A stretch of DNA of 63,756 nt, filler included, from Phoronis australis (taxonomy: Eukaryota > Animalia > Phoronida), in the NCBI GenBank assembly GCA_002633005.1. It is 5 parts of 5 records of this genome, joined end to end, with 100 filler letters (N's around TTAATTAATTAA, not from the genome) between each part and the next. Parts side by side here need not be neighbours in the genome. Positions count along the whole stretch, not along the records: positions 1 to 30,551 come from NMRA01000602.1; 4 more parts are not named here. One strand, 5' to 3'. Shown here one piece after another: positions 12,300 through 23,578 of the stretch; the stretch's first letter is position 1, and every line of letters begins with the position of its first letter. The translations under genes and the position numbers were made by a program. The notes under the pieces are model-generated. The model was not told where the DNA came from, made no database searches, and saw only the letters and a list, made by a program, of their open reading frames with translations.

Positions 12300-13200
12300 C
12301 TATGAATCATTCATAATAAACAAAAATGTCAAGACCTTGTCGGCACTGTATAAGTTTACAGTACTTCTTTTTAATGTACCGTGGAAATGCACAATGCAAC
12401 TTCCTTTTAAACAGTGCAAAGCAGGGATTTTTGCACTTTAAACTTTGTTCATTAATGTGGTATTTGACAAGGCAAAGAACCAAACTTTGTAAAATTGATT
12501 TCACCTGAACACCAAAGGGAACTGGATGTAAGGACAATTCTAAATATTGTCCAACAGCGCTTTCGAGCCAGTTATTCACATTAGTCCAAAACCGATGAGT
12601 AACGTTAAAGGACCAGTACACGTGGAAAACAGATTCAATATCATCTGAGCAAGAAGTGAACCGTGAGTTATCAATTGCAAAAATCTTTAATGTAAAAAAT
12701 CATTACCGACTATAATTCTATGAACCAGCTTAAACTGAAACCATTTCAAAGGAACTTATTCGGTGAATGAAAAAAATGTAACTAAAACATTGTAACAAAA
12801 TTCTGTAGCATTCGGGAGACACATTTTTTCATTCCACTTCATTTGACAATTTGTTTCTTCACAGATTATATGTAATATTTTTAACGATCAGAAAGATCAT
12901 CGTGTAAGACAAGTTCTCATTGTTTTTTAAATATTGTCCACCACGGCACACTGACGATCTTATTTCTAGATTTAATGAGACACCCAGATGTAAAATAGAG
13001 CTTAGTTTTCGATTTGATTTGCCCCTCAGGGTTGCTCAAGTTTTGAGGTCACGGTCAATATCAAATCTCGAAAAACAAATGGCCTCAAGCAACACAATCT
13101 ATGGTTTTAAAAATAGTTAATGGTACTTTATTAGCTAGAAATCTATTAAAACGTCATTGTAACATTCTTTCCTGATAGTGTTAAGACACCTCATTTTCAT
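12300..13200 (-). mobile_element. Decayed L1/Tx1-type LINE 3' fragment
   Basis: Broken frames read LKWFQFKLVHRII and SCSDDIESVFHVYWS...FW, a zf-RVT-like ORF2 C-terminus. Confidence 0.7.
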
Positions 13201-13489
13201 AAATTCAACATAGCCGCAAATATTAACTAACTGGCTGCAATTTTAACCATATGTTTGGTGTGGTGCAGCATTATTAATACAAAAACAAGTAAGTTTTCCT
13301 ACTGAAAATTAATTGGTTTAGCACCCCTTTGAACAGGTAGTATGAAAATGCAATTCATTTTATAATAAAGAGGCCAGTGTATGTATAGAACTTCACAGAC
13401 TACCAAAAACTCAGGGGAAATATTTGATAATTGTCTGTCCCTTATATTCTTCTAGTACATGTAACTCATGTGCGCATATTCACAACGTT

Positions 13490-13905
13490 GTCACTGCTTA
13501 TAATATCACCACAGTAAAACAGTGAAGTTCACAGAATTCTACAAACATTATCGGCCGTTCCCTTGGTCTACATGTATAGCAAACCATGTTCCTGGCATTT
13601 GCTAAAGAATTGCTTTTACATCGACATCTCTTGCCGCATAGTGGTACGCTTTTGCCACCGCACTTAATGAGCTGTTGACAGGCTTTGGATACTCCAGACA
13701 TGTCTGTGCAGTAAGGTGTCCATTAATGGTTCATGTCTCTGTGCCATCTAAGACATTCTGAACTTGGGTTCCCTAGGATGGTCATCAGGCATTTAAGCCA
13801 GCTTGATACAAGAATCTGTTAACACGTTTTATCAGAGTAGACTAAATAAGCGGTAGATTTGCAATGAGCTGAAATAAGCTCTCTTCCTAAACTACTGAGT
13901 TGGCA
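13490..13905 (-). mobile_element. Academ-type transposase C-terminal remnant
   Basis: NLP...L..RVNRFLYQAG followed by the Cys-rich LIKCGGK...CGKRCRCK tail typical of Academ transposases; interrupted by stops. Confidence 0.6.
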
Positions 13906-13939
13906 GGCTTTGACTTTAGAATCATATTTGATACATGAC

Positions 13940-14560
13940 TTTCTAAATCCTCTGTGTGTTACAAATGTTATTAAAATTTCTTGGTCTATTTACACCGGCC
14001 TTTTGTCTAATTACACTGTCACGACGTTTCGGTCGGTCCATTCTTCTTCAATCGTTAGGTGGTCCCACGTTCTTAGAAGAACGAGCAAGGATATGCGGTA
14101 ACGGTGTGATTTTTTGTCCGAGGCAGGATTTGAACCTACGACCTCTGAAACTAAGTATAATGCTAGTCCAGAATCTTAACCACTACACCACAGAGTCATT
14201 ACTTAAAATGAATTTCATTATACTTAAACCATCCTAAGTAAACTGAGCAAGGTGTCACTTGGTCGTTTGCCTGGCTCATTGAAGATATTGCCTTGTACTT
14301 CCATCTACATGGCTTCCTTGATCTTTCTCTTGGTCCAATGTGGTTCACTGTCAAGTATTCGGATGTTATTCCACTGGATATTGTGTTGTTTCGACCACAT
14401 GTGTTCTGCTACTCCTGATGAGGTATTATCCTCTCTACAACACCTCTTATGATCAACAATTCTCGTATCCAGTGGTTTTAACGTTTCACAGATATATGAG
14501 TCACCACATTCACATTGGATTTCATAGATGACATTTTTCTTTTTCCGCATTACTGTTGGT
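13940..14560 (-). mobile_element. Penelope-like element 3' fragment (GIY-YIG endonuclease plus 3' region)
   Basis: KKNVIYEIQCECGDSYICET...TRIVDHKR...SGVAEH...RKIKEA. A hammerhead-like TGAAGA...CGAAACGTC lies at ~14023-14051. Confidence 0.85.
14115..14197 (-). pseudogene. tRNA-derived sequence (A and B boxes) inside the Penelope 3' region; not a functional tRNA
   Basis: GACTCTGTGGTGTAGTGGTTAAG...GGTTCAAATCCTGC. T-arm and anticodon stem (CTGGA/TTCAG) can form, but the acceptor stem does not pair. Confidence 0.6.
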
Positions 14561-17030
14561 TGCTCAAACGTTGATGCAATAGAGAAAGAGGCGTCTACAA
14601 CTCGATTTACTTTATTACGGTCATCGTTTATCGTTGATATATCGCATTGCATCGGCCATATCATATCGTATCGTATCGGTTATCTGAAACGTCTACAAAA
14701 AACAGTTACGTTGACCAACTAAACTATACCATTAGCAATAAGCAACCACCACGATATCGTTACACCTTCTATGTAATGTTTAATTAATGTATAACGGAAA
14801 CCTCACCTGAGGAAATACGAACTCAGGAAAAACATGGCGGAATAAACCTCTAAAGTTCCATGACTAGACAACTCTTAACTACCGTAGCGGTCCGCAAAAT
14901 TAGTTCACAAAATATTAAAACACATACAGCAAGTCCGTTAATATGACACTAGACTACCATAAAAAGCACAATGGCTGCAACGTAACAACATGTCTAGGTC
15001 ACCACAAATAATTATCGAATCTATATTAACGCTGGAAGAACGCAAACTACAAATGTACAAGTATCCAATAAGTTGAGTCGAAAAATGGCCCCCCGTGCAC
15101 CCCGGACTTCAACATTTAAGTTGCACTTTTGCAAAGAAAAATATGTGTGAAAACCAAAAAAAAAGATGTTAACAAGCCGAAAAAGTGTCACACGTGCGTT
15201 TTTATGCAAATTAGTGCCGCCATTACCGATTTCTCGTTATTTGATGATATCTGACTTTTTTGTTCTTGTAAATGAACAAATCAAGTGTCGAAACCGATAT
15301 CTTGAGGGTCAAGCATTACGATGTAATAATTGTCTTCCTTATGTATTACATCAATTGTGTATTATACGGTTACTTACAATCAATACTACACTGAAAGTTC
15401 ACATAAGCCAATATAAACGCTGAATGCAACTTTCAGCTTTTATATCATCAGCTCTTTAACGAGCCAAATTTCAACAAATGTTTTAAATATTTCAAGGAAA
15501 AAATGCGGGGAAATAGCTGTAGTAATATGGGCAATCATAAGGTGTTGATATCACTGATTACATGTTCTAACACTCCATGCCACTTTCATTGCTTTCCGTG
15601 AAACTTCCTTACAACCCCCCACTTTCCTCTTCTGTGTTCTCTTCACAAGCATTGGTGAGCAAGAAATAAATCAATAACTTTGGTAAGATAGGACAACACA
15701 ACCACACAGGTTTCAGTACTCTTCCATCAGTCCGTATCCACTCTTGTCCTTCGTCACAAGGTTTTGGCTTCTCATTTATGGGTTCGCAAGCACGCTTGTA
15801 CAAAGTGATACAGTGATTTACTCGTTGGATGTGAGGTTTTTGTTCAGACTGGCACGAGGGAAGTCGAGCATGGTCATTCATGGAGTTGAGAGGAATTCAT
15901 CTTCACGAACAATTTGACGTAACATCTTGGCACGAGTAGCATCTATCGATGACTCACGACTCTGACCGTACATGAGGCAGTAGAATTCTTCCAACTTACC
16001 TCCCAATCAACGTCACGTTGACTGAATGCCTGTTGAATTTTTTTATTTTTTTCTAGCTTTTTAAGGGAGCCAACATTTTCTTTACGTTTAAACGCACTGG
16101 TGCTGTCTTTTCCAGTGTATACATAAAATCCAAGTAGAGCCTCACAGTACTATTTTCCAAAGGATTTTTCTAGGTCGGAGAGATTCAGTAGTCTCACCAG
16201 AACCTTTATCTAGATATAAAGTCAACTTTATAGCATGCCAGCAGCAAAATGACACATCAGTGTCAGGGATCCTGACGACGTCGTTTCTGTACCCAAGTGA
16301 GGCAGCGTACTGGAGGTACAAAACAATTCTTAAGTCAGGCTCTAATTGGTTACTGTAGATATGTGGGATCTCCTGAGTATGAACCAGAAACATAAAATCA
16401 CTTTTATCATTACATTATGGCACTGCAAATTAGTAAAGTAAGAAATAATCAGAAACTTCTGTTCAGAAAAAGATTACAGACTTCATCGCCATCGGATGCC
16501 CGTCCACAATCAGGATGGCCAGCTCGGTTTTCTTCTGCCTGGAAACTTCCTTCTCACCACTCAAAACTTGCAGTAACAGTTGGCAGAGTTGCTTTTTGTT
16601 GTCATCGTTTGCAAGAAAAGTTTTGAAGTCATACGGCTTATGTGTAGCTGGTCCACCCAAAATTATTTTCTCTGAACTGCCACGTGACAACTACGTCCTG
16701 GGCTTTGATAGATTCAGGATAGTAACTGTGAGTTGAGACGAAGAAGTGCTTCTTCGACACCGTTTGATCACGAACTTGTAAACAGACATTACCACATGTT
16801 GGAGGGAGATTAGCTAACGTGTGGGGAAGAGCAAACCATCTTGGATGAACAGAATATCCTCAGGACAATGAAAGTCTTATGGCATGATGTCGTTCAGAAG
16901 ATAATGCGAAATGGAGGCTTTGTTGGCCTTGGAAAAATACCAGGTGTTCCAAGAATAGGGGCACAGGTATCAGACATTACTTCACGAGTTCTAGCATGTT
17001 CAATAGCTCACCCAGTGTCTGGGATTTAAC

Positions 17031-17802
17031 AGATTGTTCTAGAACCTTTTGATCTCCACAACCCCCACGACCCACAACCTGTGGTAATAGATGCATTCTG
17101 CGCTTTTTATACATTTCATGATCGTATTACGTCTCAGAGTGACTATTTCATAGGACTTACCTACACGAGAATCTGATCTCGCTCACGCTTTGTTGTTAAA
17201 ACAGAAAGTGGCGTAAGAGCAGGATTTGATATAGCGTATTACGAGTTTGCTATTGTTGCCATGGAAATCGTTCCATCAGTAGCTACCAATGGCCTTGTTC
17301 TACTAAACGGAGATAGTATGTTAACGTGAACGCATATAATTTCCCATTTTTATTATTTGTTTTCTGTTGTATGCTCGTTAACACTATACTACATTGAAAG
17401 TTGAGAAACTTTTTAGCTAACAGTTTGTTTCTCAAAATGTATTTACTGAAAAAACTACAATTCCTTTGTTCCTCACACTCTCCCAAAAACTTGAATCTGC
17501 CATAAACTGAAGAGCAGACGATACGAGTACACTCTGTGGGAACGACATTTGTAACGTTGGTAGGTCTTTGATATGATTTGGTCGCATTTTTTCTGCTTTT
17601 GGCTTTAAAACTTGCCAAATCGACTTTCTGAATTGCAAAAAAGGGGAAAGCCAGCCGAGCTCACGGTCAGATTAGATGGTTCTGGTAGTTAGCGCTCGTT
17701 TTATGTTAAGATCGAATCGAGCTTGTTTAAACTGGGTCGAGGAGGTCGTGGGTCGAGGGGGTCGTCAGTGGCATGCGGATCGATGGGTTTTTAGAACAAT
17801 CC
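17031..17802. mobile_element. Non-autonomous DNA element with 9-bp TSD (Mutator-like), nested in the Academ
   Basis: TIR GATTGTTCTA...TAGAACAATC, flanked by an exact GGATTTAAC duplication at 17022-17030 and 17803-17811. Confidence 0.75.
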
Positions 17803-18495
17803 GGATTTAACAAGGAACGTGAATCTGGGACAGTTCTCGGCTCGATACTGGACAACCTACAACAAAACGATATACCTCACACGCTTGTGGTGAAATGAAA
17901 TGAAAATTTAAATAAACAGACGTCACTTAATATGTTAATTCATCTTAGCTCAGCTATTATTACCTTTCCTTGTGAAGATGGCTGCCATACTTGGTTTCAG
18001 TTTTGCAGCAGAAAATGCACTCGTGGGAAAACGGGCACGATGCACGATATTGATAGTTTACGGGGCGAATGGTGCAACCGGGAGCTTCGTGCCTCTGGTC
18101 CTTCAGTGTCCTCCAAGTGGTGAAATTTGGCAGTGAAGTGTTAATAGCTTTGACTGTGATAACACATTTTCTAATTCACTTGGAATCTGATCACACACGG
18201 ACTGCATAGAATGAGGATTATCATATGGGTGTTGGAGACGTTTTTCCCGAATTTCATGAAGCTGTTGCCGTTTTCGCTTGCTATTCCTTTGACATTGCTT
18301 AAGATTGTCAAGCCGCCATGTTCATTTGTAGAATCTTGTTTTCTTGTATAGATGATTTTTGCATTTTCTTGGATAGCCGCCGTAATTTCGAATGCAGTCC
18401 AAATTTTCCTGTCCCCAGCATTGGATTCGCACTGATTGACATACATGTCAACATCCCATTGGTATATTTTGATGTTAGTTTGTATTCAACGTGAG

Positions 18496-20050
18496 TTTTA
18501 TTTATTTATTTATAATTGTGATATTTAAAATGAGGGTGACATCTTCAGTGATAGCACTGCTTTCCAAGAGGGCCCTCAACAAGAAAAACAGTAATATAAT
18601 ACAATGAAGTAATAAAACAACAATGAAATATACGTAACAAAGATACAATCATGAATTAAAACAGGTTGAGAATTAAGACAATAACTAAATGACAAATAAT
18701 GGTAAAAATTTAACTAAGACAGATGAAATAAATTAAGAGATGATTCTAGACAGTGAGAGTATTTACGACAATGAAAAAATGACATGATTAAGACAGGCAG
18801 GGTATAAAAGGTCAAGTAGATTACAGCCACTTTTTAATATTTACTTTAAAGGTAGTAATTGAATTGGACCGTTTAATTTCTGGTCTAAAAGAATTCCATA
18901 TTATAGCAGCTGCATAGATAAAAGATCTCTTGCCCGTCTCGGTTTTAATTTTTTAGAATAAACATTGCCAGCAACAGAAGAACGTGTGGAATATACAGTC
19001 TGACTGCTATTGACTTTACTGCTGAGATATGCTGGAGCCAAGCCATTGATACATCTGTACATACAACAGGCAGAGAGATATTTATTTCTTTGTCTTATTT
19101 TCATAAATCCCAGCTTGGAATACAAGTCGTCAACCCTAGTGTCCCTAATTTTATTACCCAGGGTAGCCCTGCGGCTTTATTTTGGATTACTTGGACTTTG
19201 CTGACAAGTGTGTCACTAGTGTGCCCCCAAACCGGTAAACAATAATCAATATTTAAAGCTGAATAATAGAATGGTAAAAGGTCTTAAGAGTACTGACATT
19301 AAGAAATTTGCCTAGACGTTTAAGTACACCGATTTTTATAGATAATTTCTTTGTGATATGATCTATGTTCATATTGAATTTAAGATTGGGATCTAAAGTA
19401 ATGCCCAAGTACTTAAATTTGTCAACATTCTCGATGGAAAAACCGTTGATAGAAAGGAATCTGGTGGGTTCCAAGCAGCATCGACTTGGTTTTACTAACG
19501 TTAAGAGTGAGTTTATTTTGAATCAGCCAGTCATGGATAAGGGCTAGCTCATCGTTGAGAGAAGTTTCCAGCTGTGGACATAATTGCAGTGTCCTCAGAC
19601 TATAAAACTGGGACACTGTTGTGGAGGACAGTTGGGAGGCCGTTAACAAAAATAGTGAATAATAGAGGGCCCAAAGTGGAACCCTGAGGTACCCCGTGAT
19701 TACGGTTGAGTAGTCAGAAAGTATACCACTGTATTTGGTGGCCTGTTTACGGTCGTATAAGTAGTTTCTAAACCAAAGGAGTTCGTAATCATTAACTCCA
19801 TAAGACTCTAGTTTCTGCAATAGGACACCATGGTCCACAGTGTCAAAGGTCTTAAGGTCAACAAAGACAGCATCAGTTAGCCTCCCCTGATCTATATTAT
19901 TAAAGATAAACTCAGTAGCATGAATGTTTGTAGTAAGAGTGGAATGCAAGGGGCGGAAACCAGACTGTGCTGCCGAGAGAAGGGAATTTTTACTTCTAAA
20001 GCTTTGGACGGCAATGACACAGTTTGTTTTCATGGTTGAGTCAACTCCAA
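18496..20050 (-). mobile_element. 5'-truncated CR1/L2/Crack-type LINE nested in the Academ
   Basis: RT motifs QSGFRPLHST, AVFVDLKTFDTVDH, WFRNYL, LNVSKTK and KYLGITLD, with frameshifts. (AATA)n tail at ~18496-18513. Confidence 0.9.
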
Positions 20051-20759
20051 TCCTGAATTTGGATACAAATAGAAGATTTTCATGCCTCACAGAGTATTTC
20101 TGCTCCGTGTTTTGAGTGTTTTATACCTGTACCATGTACAAAATAGCTTGCATCACTTACTTGTGTTTGACCCAGCAAATATATGTCTAGACACTTAGTT
20201 CTTTCAGTTATATGAAATAGTTTGCGACATATTGCGATGTAACGCAAAATCGGTAATGGCGACACTAATTTGCATAAAAAACATACGTGGGACATTTTTT
20301 CGACTTGTTAACATCATTTTTCCGTTTCCACACATATTTTCCTTCATAAAAATTCAACTTAGCAGTTGAAGTCCGGGGGGTGCACGGGTGGGGCATTTTT
20401 CGACTAGACGAAATATCGGTATCTACTGTTTAACGGTAACCAGATAATGTATACATACAGCGTTTACTGCAAAAAACAGACTGGTACTCAACACACGATA
20501 CATAGAAAAACCCATGAATGAATAACCAACTGGTGCTTGTACGGAAGTTTATATAATCCGCGGAAACGTAGAAAGTATCTCAACTTTACACAACCAACGA
20601 AAATAATACCACCGAAAGGGGGGGTTGATTAAATCATGAATTATAACAGAGTCAACGCCCTAGAAATATAACTGAAGCACTAGGAGATTTAGAACGCCGT
20701 CTCTAGGGTAATTGTGGTACACTATATACACTGCCTGCCTTAACACCCATGTCAAGAGG

Positions 20760-22830
20760 ATGGTGTAAATAGACCAAGAGATTTTAATAATAGTTGTAAC
20801 ACGCCACCACCTCAGAGCGGTCCTCAAATCATCAAGTGAACGGTATGGTCTCGAAGCAATGATCACATTCAGACACTTACAGGAGGCACATTTTAAACTA
20901 TGAAAGGAACACAGCCTAACACATCTAATGCGACGTAGAGATAATCATGTCATTCAAATTATCTTCACACTTGTACACGTTCCGCTCTGGTCTTGATGAT
21001 GGACCAAATTGACTACCACACACACCAGAAACGTGTCACAGCAGTTAAAATCAGTCAAATTAAGCGCCATCTTGAAATCATGCTGCATAGAGAGGACTAT
21101 CCACAGTTGGAAAATGCAGTCTCGAGATCAAGAGACAACTACGACAGACAGATTTAACGATGTGAGGTCCTAAAATTCAACAAACTGAAAGGAGAACAAC
21201 CCAGGGAAAACCACATATGCAAGGCGTGGTTGTGAATAAATCAAGCAGAGAAGTGACAGTTGCCGAATTTCAACTTCTGTCCAAAGGTCTGAACTATGCC
21301 ACCCGACCCAAAAGAATGCCAGCATTGAAGCAGCCACCGCCAAGATACCAGCTGCTGATAGGGAAACCATTCGTGTTAAGTGTAGAGAAACAATCACCCA
21401 AGCCAAAATGCCAAGAAACAACAAGAATTAAGATATGCCCCTACGTAGCCTATTACGGGATGAAAACATCATCACCCTACAAGCTGACAAAGGCAATGCA
21501 ACAGTAGCACTTGATAAGGATGACTACATCATTAAGATGACTGATCTACTATCCAGTGGGCAGTATAAGGAAGTGAAGTCTGACAAGACCAAGAGCGTGG
21601 AAAAAAATCAAATCGCTCCTGAAAACTGTAGAAGGCTCATTATCACATGACACACTCAGGAGAATCAACTCAAACAGCACAAAAGTCCTGTACACGTATG
21701 GCATACCTAAGATACACAAACCTGTTATGCCAATGAGACCAATTATACGCAACGTTGGTTCTCCTTGCCTCCCACTACCTAGATTTCTCAACAACATCAT
21801 ACCCCCACTACTGAGGAAAACTGACTCGTACGTAAAATACTCGAAGCACTTCGTGTCAATGTTATCATCGGTGAGCATTACACCAAATAACACCATGGTG
21901 GACTTTGATGTCGAAAGCTTATTCACAAGTGTAACATCAGAGGTTCTCCCATTACTCAGGTCAAAAGTAGAACATGACCACAAGCCGTTAGAGGATCTAA
22001 ACCTCCCAATAGACTCTGGAATGAGTGAAATTCTGTGTCAACACAACCTATTTCCATTACCAAGACAAGTTCTACGAGCACACACAATGAATGGCAATGG
22101 GTTCACCACTATCACCAGTCTTAGCTAACTTGTACATGGAGGGGTTCGAACAAACAGCTCTCAGCTCATCTAACAGACCCCCGAAGATGTGAAAACGAAA
22201 CGTTCATGACACATTCACAATATTCAGGAAAGACTCGGAAAATCAGTCAGAATTCCTTTGACCATCTGAACAGCATAGCGCCTACAGTTAGATTCAAAAA
22301 GGAATAATAGACAAATAACAGTCTCCCATTCCTAGACGTACTAGTGACTCGTGTTGAAGAACACTTAACAACGTCAGTCTACTATAAGAAGGCCCAGACA
22401 CAACAATACCTCGACTTCAACTCCAACCCTATCAAAGGAGTCAAGAAGGGTATAATTAAATGCCTTTGCATCAAGATCAAACGAAATCTGCTATTATTCA
22501 GCACTCCAAGCAGAAATGACCAACCTGACGGAGAAATTCGTAAGAAATTGCTACCCAAGAGATTTCATCAAGTCGGTTTTAACATCGCAGAGAAAAGAAG
22601 AAGTGGCAGAAGAACACCCACTACAGACTGTGTGCTTACCTTATATGAAGCCGGAATGACCGAGAAGCTAGGACGCATATGTAAAGAATTTACAATAAGA
22701 ACATTATACTGTAGCTCAGCAACACTGGATCGGCGACTGACAAAAGTCAAACCAAAAACTCACTTGGGGAAAAAGAAAAATGCCATCTATGGAATCCCAT
22801 TTGAAAGTGGACAATCCTATATCTTGCCAT
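20760..22830 (+). mobile_element. Near full-length decayed Penelope-like retroelement (RT plus start of GIY-YIG)
   Basis: LLSKGLNYA, ADKGNATV, YGIPKIHKP..PMRPI, FDVESLFTSV, AMGSPLSPVLANLYMEGFE, LPFLDV, TQQYLDFNS and KKNAIYGIP across frameshifted frames. Confidence 0.9.
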
Positions 22831-23258
22831 TGTTGACAAAGTTCTTATGGTTGTTTCCATTTCTAGCAATGAGAAATATTACTTGAATGCGGAAAGTAGT
22901 TTGCTCTAGTCGTGCGTTACGAGGGAGAATAGCAATGATTGATTGTCCCAACTGTAGAGAAGGCCGAAAAACCCGTGCATGGCTCAGGCCTGGCTCACGC
23001 CTGATCCATGGTGCGCTCGCCCTCTCGTTCACGCCTAACTCGCGGTAAGTTCCAGGCACAATCACGCTTAAGCTCACGCCAGCTGTCAAAATTTACGCCT
23101 CACTCTCCCGACTGTCTCCGGTTACGGTCACGTCTAGCCAAACGAAGTCTTATAATCCAGTATATGTAATCTATAGTGTTCTATCACAATCTGAGATAGA
23201 TATCGTTTTGAATTTAATAGGTGCAGTTATTTAAGTGTTGTTCAATCTACTGTTTCAG

Positions 23259-23578
23259 ATAACGATAAAGGATTGGGATTTGTTGAGGGCTGTTACACCA
23301 GCGGAAACCAGTTCTTGAGGCCATTTAATGACTTGCAGTTCTTTCCCAGGATGAAGTCAAAAACTTTGATGACCAGAGCAGCGTGTCAATCATTTTGCAA
23401 CAAACATGGGAGGAGATTGGCTGGCGTAATTAAAGGAGACGAATGCATGTGTGGTCAATCGTTGAACATACCAAATATATACCTAACTGACGACACAGAA
23501 TGCAGACGAATCTGCTCCGGGAAACAGGGAGAGTACTGTGGAGGGAAGCACAACATGTTTATTATGATTTCAGCATAA
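23259..23578 (+). CDS. WSC-domain protein, WSC exon C (terminal, ends in TAA)
   Basis: tttcag| phase-1 acceptor. Encodes EGCY...CQSFC...LAGVIKGDECMCG...CRRICSGKQGEYCGG...ISA*. Confidence 0.85.

Larger units (their letters stand above)
15075..20406 (-). mobile_element. AcademX DNA transposon (decayed) with ~250-bp TIRs and nested insertions
   Basis: Left AGTCGAAAAATGGCCCCCGTGCACCCCGGACTTCAAC...ATGCAAATTAGTG is the inverted match of the right end finishing TTTTTCGACTA. Transposase motifs at 15600-16700: QLEPDLRIVLY...PDTDV, ALLGFYVYTGKDSTSAFK (XPG/H3TH-like) and RLPSC...HIQRVNH. Confidence 0.8.

Noticed and set aside
14115-14197. Functional tRNA gene
   Set aside because: The acceptor stem is unpaired and the D-stem is weak; treated as tRNA-derived.
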